A stretch of 64,000 bases of DNA from a virus: IMG/VR virus record IMGVR_UViG_3300011116_001253, positions 3,734 to 67,733 of that record; one strand, written 5' to 3'. The notes beneath the pieces are model-generated. The model was not told the DNA's origin and ran no database searches. It was given only the letters and a program-made list of their open reading frames with translations. Below are positions 16,899-24,394 of this stretch, in pieces. Every line of letters starts with the position of its first letter. Position 1 is the stretch's first letter. The position numbers and the translations under genes are program-made.

Positions 16899-17468
16899 AT
16901 GATATACGTTTTTGAAGGTCCTCGAAACAGCGGTAAAACATTCTTATCTAACCATATTGCAAAGAAAAAATCTATTGAAAGATTCCAATTTCAATTTGCC
17001 GATTATTTTAAAAGATTAGGTCTTGAAAGCCAAAACAGCAAAGAAGCTCATGCTTTCTCGATGGGTAAAGAGCTTATGATTCTTCAACTTTTCAAAGATG
17101 TCCAATTCAACAAGTGCTTAATACACGACAGAGGTATGCTTACTGTTTTAGCTTGGGGCTTAATGGAAAATAGAATATCAGAGCAGGAAATGGTGGATCA
17201 GGTGAAAATGCTAAAGAATTTTAATATTATGAGTGGTGCAACTATCATTTTTATAACGGGTGATAATCCCAATAAAAGCGAAAGGAATAAAGATGATTGG
17301 GATAGAATAGATGGCGATAGCAGAGAACTTGAATCCTACGAGAAAGTCATATCTGAATTCGAAGAACATCAAATCTGTAAAATTTTACGTTTCACTAATA
17401 ATTATGATCAGGACACTCTAAAATCGTTCGATGATCTGTTTGATAGTATTGTTTGTGAACCAATTTAA
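16899..17468 (+). CDS. dNMP / thymidylate kinase-like P-loop protein
   Basis: MIYVFEGPRNSGKT (Walker A) and IHDRG (DR motif of TMK/dNK kinases). Confidence 0.75.
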   Translation: MIYVFEGPRNSGKTFLSNHIAKKKSIERFQFQFADYFKRLGLESQNSKEAHAFSMGKELMILQLFKDVQFNKCLIHDRGMLTVLAWGLMENRISEQEMVDQVKMLKNFNIMSGATIIFITGDNPNKSERNKDDWDRIDGDSRELESYEKVISEFEEHQICKILRFTNNYDQDTLKSFDDLFDSIVCEPI

Positions 17469-17485
17469 CAAAAAGGAGTAATAAA

Positions 17486-18886
17486 ATGTGTGGAATATTA
17501 TTAACAAGTAAAGCTCAGAAAAATGCGAGCGTATTAGATTCTATAAAACATAGAGGTATTGAAAGGTGTGAACTTGAAGTAGATCAAATAACGCTATGTC
17601 ATCATAGATTACCTATACAAACATCGGATGGAGATGAATGGGCTCAGCCTAAAGAACTCAGCCCTGGTATCTATATGATGTTTAATGGCGAAATATTTAA
17701 CTATGATAAAAACAGATTTTCCTCAGATACCGAATATCTTTGTCAACTGTTCGGAAGTCTTAAAGGACTTAATGTTGAATTTTTTACCGCAATGTATCAA
17801 TCTCATATACAAACGTGGGATGGATTTTGGGCCATTGTTTTTTATGATTCTAAAAGCGGTGACATTTTAGCTTTCACTGATCCGTTGGGAAAAAAGTGCT
17901 TATATTACAACGATCTTGGTGAAATATGTTCAGAAATTAAAGGATTAAGAGGACCGATTGATGAGATTGATGAAATTTACATAAGCTCGGTTAGGAAATG
18001 GGGATATAATAAAGACAATAGAACTCCTTATAAAAGTATTAAAAGGATTTTACCCAACACATTTCATTTCTATAATATAGCATCCCCACAGTTTATGAAA
18101 ACCTACGGTCCTTATTATAGAACCTGGGAATCACCGATTAGAGAATTGGATGGAGCATCATACGAAGAACATCTGGAGTGGCTCTGGGATAAAATGTTTG
18201 AAAGTGTTAAAAATAGATTAGTTTCAAAGAATTACCCAATATCTCTTCTAGTTTCTGGAGGATTGGATTCATCGATAATTGCTGCAATCCTTAAAGAAAT
18301 GGAAGCTCAGGTTACATGGTTTTCGATTGAGAACGGAGAAACCCCATTTGTCACCGATTTAGGAGCTCATTTAGACACGCAAATTAATTTTCTAGAGTAT
18401 GATATGGATTCTAGTAAAAATGCTGCTATATACAAGCTATGGAATGAAACACCAGTGGATTTAGGCTCAGTCATTCCCCAATATCACTTGTTCGAAGCGG
18501 TCAAAAGAAAAACCGGTTACAGAATAGTTTTAAGTGGGGATGGATCTGATGAATTATTCGGAGGCTATTCGAGAATCCATGAATATGATTCACAGAAGTC
18601 TGATGTTTTCGAAGAATTAACATTCTATCATCTACCAAGACTGGATAAGATGTCAATGGCTCACACACTCGAGCTTAGAAATCCTTTTTTAAATCTAGAC
18701 ATTGTGAGATTTGCACTTCACTTACCTATCGAATGGAGAACCGATAAGAAAATACTCAAAGATACATTTGGACCTCTTCTTCCAGATTCTATAGTGAATC
18801 GTAAAAAGGAGGCACTTAAGAATCCAGAGATAAAAGAGGATAAAATTAAATATAGACAGAAAATTGTAGATCTTTTTCTCTCGTGA
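17486..18886 (+). CDS. asnB: Asparagine synthetase B-like glutamine amidotransferase
   Basis: MCGI (Ntn Cys), HRG, HHRL, FNGEIFNY, SDTE, SGGLDSS (PP-loop), SGDGSDELFGGY and DKMSMAHTLELRNPFL. AAGGAG lies 7 nt upstream. Confidence 0.9.
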   Translation: MCGILLTSKAQKNASVLDSIKHRGIERCELEVDQITLCHHRLPIQTSDGDEWAQPKELSPGIYMMFNGEIFNYDKNRFSSDTEYLCQLFGSLKGLNVEFFTAMYQSHIQTWDGFWAIVFYDSKSGDILAFTDPLGKKCLYYNDLGEICSEIKGLRGPIDEIDEIYISSVRKWGYNKDNRTPYKSIKRILPNTFHFYNIASPQFMKTYGPYYRTWESPIRELDGASYEEHLEWLWDKMFESVKNRLVSKNYPISLLVSGGLDSSIIAAILKEMEAQVTWFSIENGETPFVTDLGAHLDTQINFLEYDMDSSKNAAIYKLWNETPVDLGSVIPQYHLFEAVKRKTGYRIVLSGDGSDELFGGYSRIHEYDSQKSDVFEELTFYHLPRLDKMSMAHTLELRNPFLNLDIVRFALHLPIEWRTDKKILKDTFGPLLPDSIVNRKKEALKNPEIKEDKIKYRQKIVDLFLS

Positions 18887-18920
18887 TAGCAATCCATTTC
18901 AGGATATGTACAGGTTTGTG

Positions 18921-18928
18921 GATATATA
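18921..18928 (+). promoter_or_regulatory. Late promoter box GATATATA
   Basis: Intergenic, upstream of ATG 18945. Confidence 0.65.
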
Positions 18929-18944
18929 AAAGAAAAATTTTCAA

Positions 18945-19613
18945 ATGCCTAGAATTATAAAGGATTTAAAATCATTCAACAATAACGAAAAACTCAATGA
19001 AGACTTTAGCTGGGGAAATCTAATCTCTGGAGCTTTAAATTTAGGAGGCGAAGGTTTACGTAAAACCATTAAAGAAAAAATTGCAGCTTCAATAATGGAA
19101 AAATTTGGGATTAGAGATAATTCAATTTTTTCAGGTCTTGTTCAGGAAGTTGTTGATGCAATACCAGTAAAAGATTATCCAGAAATAATTATGGGTGAAA
19201 AAGCTAATGTTGAATATCTAGCTCCATTCATGGTCCAGGCAATTGGAGAATTTATTCAAAGAAAAGGTTTAGATACTTTAGCAGATTCTTTAGGATTGGA
19301 TCCGAGAGGTTGGTTATATAGTACTCTTGTCAATAGCTTCCAGACAGACAAAGGAAAGGAGACACTTAAGAACATGTTCGTTGAAGCATTTGGTGGTAAA
19401 GAAGCAAAGGGATCTGTAGCTAGAGATGTAATAAGCGGTTTACCTGATAGGGATAAGGCAAAAATTTCTGACAGTGTTAAACAAAGAATCTCTACACTAT
19501 ATGGTAAAAAAGTAGAAATGGAGCCAGCTAAAGATTCTAAAGGAATTGGTGACTATGCTTCTGATTTCTGGCATTCTTTACTAGGTGACAAAGAATCTAA
19601 AAAAACATTTTAA
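18945..19613 (+). CDS. Hypothetical helical protein, putative internal virion protein
   Basis: N-terminus IKDLKSFNNNEKLNE. Late box upstream. Confidence 0.5.
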   Translation: MPRIIKDLKSFNNNEKLNEDFSWGNLISGALNLGGEGLRKTIKEKIAASIMEKFGIRDNSIFSGLVQEVVDAIPVKDYPEIIMGEKANVEYLAPFMVQAIGEFIQRKGLDTLADSLGLDPRGWLYSTLVNSFQTDKGKETLKNMFVEAFGGKEAKGSVARDVISGLPDRDKAKISDSVKQRISTLYGKKVEMEPAKDSKGIGDYASDFWHSLLGDKESKKTF

Positions 19614-19615
19614 AT

Positions 19616-19960
19616 ATGAATATTAACAACGTTTCACAGAGAGAAATCTTAGATTTCGATAACTTTCGCAAAAAGGTTCATGATAATAACTATAAGCCTC
19701 TTTCACCGGCTAATCAATCAGAAGGAGGATTGGAGAAATCGGGATTGCATGATATAAAAAGAGAACCTGCCTACGATTATGCAGGATATGCTGATTCTGT
19801 ATTCGCAGGACAATCCAAAGTGGATGTACCTGGTGTTAGAATTAAAATTGGTGATTCAAGTGGTATGTCAGATGCTTCTGCTGTCGGAACCAGTTTCGTA
19901 TCTAATACAAGCGAATCTGAAGAAATTTCTAATGTTTTAAAAAGGTTATCCGATTTCTAA
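19616..19960 (+). CDS. Hypothetical protein, putative internal virion protein
   Basis: ILDFDNF near the N-terminus and LKRLSDF at the C-terminus. Co-transcribed with the upstream gene. Confidence 0.5.
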   Translation: MNINNVSQREILDFDNFRKKVHDNNYKPLSPANQSEGGLEKSGLHDIKREPAYDYAGYADSVFAGQSKVDVPGVRIKIGDSSGMSDASAVGTSFVSNTSESEEISNVLKRLSDF

Positions 19961-19976
19961 AAAAAACTACATAAAC

Positions 19977-20008
19977 AAAAAGCCAATCAAATATTTGATT
20001 GGCTTTTT
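19977..20008. terminator. Bidirectional terminator between convergent genes
   Basis: Palindrome AAAAAGCCAATCAAATATTTGATTGGCTTTTT with A/T tracts on both sides. Confidence 0.85.
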
Positions 20009-20739
20009 TATTGACAAATTTGTTCGATGAATTTATCTTTTGCAACTTTGTAGATTTCTGAATCCTCGTTGAAGTTCTCGTATATTTCTACAACATAAAA
20101 ATTAGGGGAATATTTAACTTCTCGTGGCTGGATTTCCTCTAGAATCTCGTGATAAATGTACTCGTAATTAAGAGAGAAGAAAGTATTTTTCAAATGAATT
20201 TTTTTCATAATTGAAATTTCTTTTTGACCATCCGGTGTCTCCATCTTGACGTTCAATTTGAAAAAAAAATTTGACAGTTTATCAGTAATCATATTTCTAA
20301 TTATCACTATCCCCGAATTATCCTTAGCATTCGGATCTGTGAATTTTGATTGAATTCTGAAAATTTTAATCTTGGATTCTTCTTCTTTCATTATATCTAG
20401 ACAAATCTCCGAGTATTCATATAGAGTTTGAAGGGATTCCTCAACTATTTCCATAATTTGCATCTTCTCATCCTCTTGCAATTCATCATAGTTGAATTTT
20501 TCTATAATAGTTTTTTCCTCATTGGAAATATTTTTTATCAGAGAGGCATCCAATTTTCTCTGATTTTTGAAAGAATTGAGAAACCTTACAATTTGTGAAA
20601 TTTCTTTGATGACAGTGTAGCATGTCTTGGTGTCGAGATTTTTGCTAAGTTTTTTGAGATAATCTAGCAAAACGTATTCCTTGTATTCTTGGTCTCTGGG
20701 CTCCTCTATAAACCAAATAGGGCTGAGTTTATTTCTCAT
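20008..20739 (-). CDS. Hypothetical protein
   Basis: 243-aa ORF with a WF...D.EYK.Y.LL.YL motif. AATATATA on the minus strand upstream (about 20767-20774). Confidence 0.65.
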   Translation of the reverse strand: MRNKLSPIWFIEEPRDQEYKEYVLLDYLKKLSKNLDTKTCYTVIKEISQIVRFLNSFKNQRKLDASLIKNISNEEKTIIEKFNYDELQEDEKMQIMEIVEESLQTLYEYSEICLDIMKEEESKIKIFRIQSKFTDPNAKDNSGIVIIRNMITDKLSNFFFKLNVKMETPDGQKEISIMKKIHLKNTFFSLNYEYIYHEILEEIQPREVKYSPNFYVVEIYENFNEDSEIYKVAKDKFIEQICQ

Positions 20740-20838
20740 ATTTAAAACATTAATTTGTTTCGACTATATATATTTAACCAGCAATTAATAGTATACTTCT
20801 GATTAGTAATTATACGGTATAATATCATCCAAAATAAA

Positions 20839-20846
20839 GATATATA
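20839..20846 (+). promoter_or_regulatory. Late promoter box GATATATA
   Basis: Intergenic, upstream of ATG 20865. Leader nearly identical to the one at 18921. Confidence 0.65.
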
Positions 20847-20864
20847 AAAGAAAAAATTTTCTGT

Positions 20865-21305
20865 ATGAGCAGAATATACGATTATAACCAGTTTTCTCAA
20901 AAAAAGAATAGAGTAGGTGGAGATTTTACTTTCGGCCAGGAAATGAAATATGTTGATATTGATCTTTTCAATAGACCAAAAGAATGGGATGACATTTACG
21001 ACGTAAAAGCTTTTCTTGAATATTCGGTCGACATTGAAGTTAGAAAATCAGGAATCGAAGGACTCCAATTTCGAATAAATTCAGTTGAATTAGAAATCAA
21101 GATAGATGACTATCCAAATTCACCGAAAGAATTTGACTTTGACCTAGTCCCTGGAAAGACCATTGATTACGACCAATTAGTGGCAAATCCTTTGGACTAC
21201 ATGATACCAACATATCCTTCAAATCTAGAAATAAATATGAATGGCAGTCCAGAGCCAACTAAGTGGAAGATAGAAGTAAAATTTGGAACCGATGTACATT
21301 CTTAA
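20865..21305 (+). CDS. Hypothetical protein (beta-rich, possible virion protein)
   Basis: N-terminus MSRIYDYNQF. Late box upstream. Confidence 0.6.
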   Translation: MSRIYDYNQFSQKKNRVGGDFTFGQEMKYVDIDLFNRPKEWDDIYDVKAFLEYSVDIEVRKSGIEGLQFRINSVELEIKIDDYPNSPKEFDFDLVPGKTIDYDQLVANPLDYMIPTYPSNLEINMNGSPEPTKWKIEVKFGTDVHS

Positions 21306-22209
21306 TAATAAAGTACTTTGTTTTTCAGCTTTTCTGAATAATCTATCTGAATCCAATTCTTATTCTATACCTGGAGTTAATCTGAATTCTGATGGAATGT
21401 ATAGAATTGAGGTTTCCGAAATTGATGCAGAGAAAGAAAATTCTGATCCTAATGGAATTTTCATTTCGGTTGACTCTAATAATGTGTCATTATTTTTTAT
21501 TGATGGACGTGGTAAAAAATCTGAAGAAATCTTAATACCTAAAGAATCTTTAGAAATTGTAGACGAAGATCCAAATAAAAAATACATTAATTTTCTTCCC
21601 TATGGTTCATGGATTTCTAAATCTCAAAATTTAGATATGATTGAAGATTTCATAGAGGATTATGGAGATTCTATAGAATCCGATAGAAATTCAGGACCCG
21701 ATAGGGATGTTCAAAATGCAAAAGATGATGTTGAAATAATGTTAGATATCTTCGATGTAACAAACCCGATAAAAAAATTCAATAAAATTTCGGATGATTT
21801 GTGGAATGCAGAATTAGAAGATGGAAGAATTGTAGAAATATTCAAGAAAAATCCAGATGATCTTATGTCAGTTTTCAAAATATTCAAAACCAAAGATCAC
21901 TCAAAACCAGTTTTAACTATTAAAAAAACAGACTCTGCTCCTAAAACGATTTTTAATTTGGATGGCTTGGATAAGGTTGAAATCGGTGATATTCTATTGG
22001 GATATAGAAATCAAAATCCATACATAAGATATCTGGCTAAAAAAAGTTTGGGCTCTGAAACATCTGAAGATCAATCCGATCTTTATAACTATTTTTTAGA
22101 AAAGAATAAGAAAGAAAATAAGGACCATCAGGAACTTCGTAACATAATAAAACTGTTATCTGATTTTGTCAATCCAGAAGAATTAAATTCAATATCGCTT
22201 ACTTTTTAA
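21292..22209 (+). CDS. Hypothetical protein (ATG 21292 preferred over TTG 21283)
   Basis: Long ORF overlapping the upstream stop. KVLCFSAFLNNLSE near the N-terminus. Confidence 0.6.
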   Translation: MYILNNKVLCFSAFLNNLSESNSYSIPGVNLNSDGMYRIEVSEIDAEKENSDPNGIFISVDSNNVSLFFIDGRGKKSEEILIPKESLEIVDEDPNKKYINFLPYGSWISKSQNLDMIEDFIEDYGDSIESDRNSGPDRDVQNAKDDVEIMLDIFDVTNPIKKFNKISDDLWNAELEDGRIVEIFKKNPDDLMSVFKIFKTKDHSKPVLTIKKTDSAPKTIFNLDGLDKVEIGDILLGYRNQNPYIRYLAKKSLGSETSEDQSDLYNYFLEKNKKENKDHQELRNIIKLLSDFVNPEELNSISLTF

Positions 22210-22217
22210 AATAAAGC

Positions 22218-22246
22218 GAAACAATTTACTTACCTAACTAGTACAA
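22218..22246 (+). promoter_or_regulatory. Putative early/middle promoter, GAAAC-N19-TACAA
   Basis: Intergenic, just before ATG 22252. Matches the recurrent bipartite motif. Confidence 0.35.
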
Positions 22247-22251
22247 TTTTC

Positions 22252-22521
22252 ATGGAATTACCTGAAGATTTTGTGCTCGAATATTCTCAAACACTCAAAT
22301 TAAGTAATCGGGATGGCTTTACTGTCCTTGAATTTATAAGACATCCTGACAAGGACCTTGATAATATCATAGAATTTTGGAAATATGATAAAAGGAAAAA
22401 AGATAAAGGAAAATCCAGCTGGATAATCGAAAAAGATCTTAAAACTTTACTCAATATGTATTTATCTTCTTTTCCCGTCATTGAGGTGGAAACAAAAAAG
22501 AAGAATGTAAATAAAAAATAA
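22252..22521 (+). CDS. Hypothetical protein
   Basis: 89-aa ORF tightly packed with its neighbours. Confidence 0.55.
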   Translation: MELPEDFVLEYSQTLKLSNRDGFTVLEFIRHPDKDLDNIIEFWKYDKRKKDKGKSSWIIEKDLKTLLNMYLSSFPVIEVETKKKNVNKK

Positions 22522-22525
22522 AACT

Positions 22526-23179
22526 ATGGGAAATTGGTCTGATTTTTCTTGGTTGAAGTGGCCTAATTGGCTGGATAAAAAAAATAAACAAATGGAGATT
22601 ATTGAAAAAAATGTACACGAAGCTCGTGTTTTTTACTCGGCTTTCAATTTTGAATGGATAAAAGGTGAAAATGCAACAATGCCTGAAAAATTTAAAGACG
22701 TCATATTAAATGGTGATTTGATGTTTATAGAATTTCAAAGTGGCAAAAGAATAAATGTCGATTTAATTTCTGAATTTATGCTAATGTTGCCAACACCACC
22801 AGCTCAGCCTCAACCGATTCCAGTTAAGCCTTTAGAAACTCCAAGTCAAGGTTTTGCTGTAACCTCCATCCAATATGAAGATTCTAAAAGTGCTAACAGT
22901 GAATCTCCGATATATAAGCTGCTCAAGAAGCAGAAGAAAAACATGGTTGAAATATCGATTAAACTAAAGCTTAATCTTCCTCCACGCGATCTTTACGGTG
23001 TGTTATCTGGATCTTTTGATGAAGCGGAAAAAGAAATAATTGATTTCGTTTTAGATGGTGTTGATATTGATAGCATAAAATCTTCTTTAGCAGAATCTAT
23101 AAAAAAAACTTATTACTCTGAACAGCCTAATCTAACAGAGGGACAAAAAAAGAATCAAAAAAGAGGAACAAATGGATAA
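22526..23179 (+). CDS. Hypothetical protein
   Basis: 217-aa ORF with a Pro-rich linker. An alternative start at MEIIEK is possible. Confidence 0.6.
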   Translation: MGNWSDFSWLKWPNWLDKKNKQMEIIEKNVHEARVFYSAFNFEWIKGENATMPEKFKDVILNGDLMFIEFQSGKRINVDLISEFMLMLPTPPAQPQPIPVKPLETPSQGFAVTSIQYEDSKSANSESPIYKLLKKQKKNMVEISIKLKLNLPPRDLYGVLSGSFDEAEKEIIDFVLDGVDIDSIKSSLAESIKKTYYSEQPNLTEGQKKNQKRGTNG

Positions 23180-23759
23180 ATCACAGGATAAAGTATTATA
23201 CTCTACACCAACTTTCGATGTTATAGAGAGAGAAGGTTTTACAGGAATAAAATCTACAGTTGAACCTGTAGTAATTTTACCTTACATTTCAGACGATCAG
23301 GGTCTACCGTTAATGTTAGGTGTTTTAAAAGAGAGAAATCCCTACAGAGATGGTGGATATTCAATCGCACCAATTACAGGAACAAGCGATGAAGAAGATC
23401 CAGATTATCTCTCAACTGCAAAAAGAGAGTTAAAAGAGGAATCAGGATATGAAATTGATGATAATTCAAAATGGTTTTTTCTTGGTACTGTAACTGCGAC
23501 GAAGATGGTTGATTGTGAACACCCTTGTTTTGCAGTTGATGTCACTGGTATCGAAAAGGGAGAAGCTACGACCGATGGATCAGAACAAGAGAAACTCTCT
23601 AAATTTGTATTCATACCTGCGAATGATGTTGTTAAATCTAAAGATGTCTTTATCCCTGCTCTATTTCTTAAGCTTTTTAAATTTGTTGTTGGTATGGATC
23701 TTTATAACAGAGAAGACTCAGTATTCAGCAGTCCAAAAGGTTTTAACACAGAAATTTAA
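23172..23759 (+). CDS. NUDIX hydrolase
   Basis: ITGTSDEEDPDYLSTAKRELKEESGY matches the Nudix box. Confidence 0.85.
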   Translation: MDKSQDKVLYSTPTFDVIEREGFTGIKSTVEPVVILPYISDDQGLPLMLGVLKERNPYRDGGYSIAPITGTSDEEDPDYLSTAKRELKEESGYEIDDNSKWFFLGTVTATKMVDCEHPCFAVDVTGIEKGEATTDGSEQEKLSKFVFIPANDVVKSKDVFIPALFLKLFKFVVGMDLYNREDSVFSSPKGFNTEI

Positions 23760-23764
23760 TTATT

Positions 23765-24040
23765 ATGCAAAACAGAAGAGAAAGAAGAAAATTGCTTAAA
23801 AAATTCGGACTTTTAGAGATTGATAAGAAGAGAAGTTCGATTGACCGTCTAGAAGAGGGAAAGGAAAGACACCGTCTGAATTTGCAAGAAATGAAAAATT
23901 CAGAGGTTAAAAAATCTGTCCCAGATGGTGATAATGCTAAGGAAAACGATTTTTTCATCTACCGTAACCTTGAAAACAACTATGATAATCTACAGTCTTT
24001 TTTCCTTAATAAAGATTGGGATGAACACGAAAATGACTAA
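23765..24040 (+). CDS. Hypothetical basic protein
   Basis: 91-aa ORF with N-terminus NRRERRK. Confidence 0.55.
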   Translation: MQNRRERRKLLKKFGLLEIDKKRSSIDRLEEGKERHRLNLQEMKNSEVKKSVPDGDNAKENDFFIYRNLENNYDNLQSFFLNKDWDEHEND

Positions 24041-24049
24041 GAAATTTAC

Positions 24050-24379
24050 ATGAGTCAGAAATTCGTTGTGAACTTTTACATATCCAAACATTCTCCAAAA
24101 GAGGTTAAAAAAAGGACAAATATAGATTCTAACTACTATATCATCGATATTAGTAAAATAATTCGAGATATGGGTTACGAAATACAAAATCTCAGTCCTG
24201 AATCAGAATTTGTCATAAATCACTCCATTCAAAGCAAAATCATACAAGGAATATATAGTACGAAGTGTGATAGTATACTTGTATGTTATAGGAGCATGTC
24301 CCCAGATTTTATAAAAAATTTGGAAGATTTTTTAGACGAGTTTCCAGAAGACATTGAATATACCATCCACAGACTTTAA
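24050..24379 (+). CDS. Hypothetical protein
   Basis: 109-aa ORF in the operon. Confidence 0.55.
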   Translation: MSQKFVVNFYISKHSPKEVKKRTNIDSNYYIIDISKIIRDMGYEIQNLSPESEFVINHSIQSKIIQGIYSTKCDSILVCYRSMSPDFIKNLEDFLDEFPEDIEYTIHRL

Positions 24380-24394
24380 AAAGTGGAAGTATAA

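Noticed and set aside
17486-18886. AsnB-like gene as a lasso-peptide cyclase
   Set aside because: It retains the N-terminal catalytic Cys glutaminase domain, and no precursor peptide, B protein or transporter is adjacent.
22909-22916. GATATATA inside the 22526 gene (and GATAAATA at 1833 and 48991)
   Set aside because: These are not close to a plausible start, and chance occurrences are expected in AT-rich DNA.
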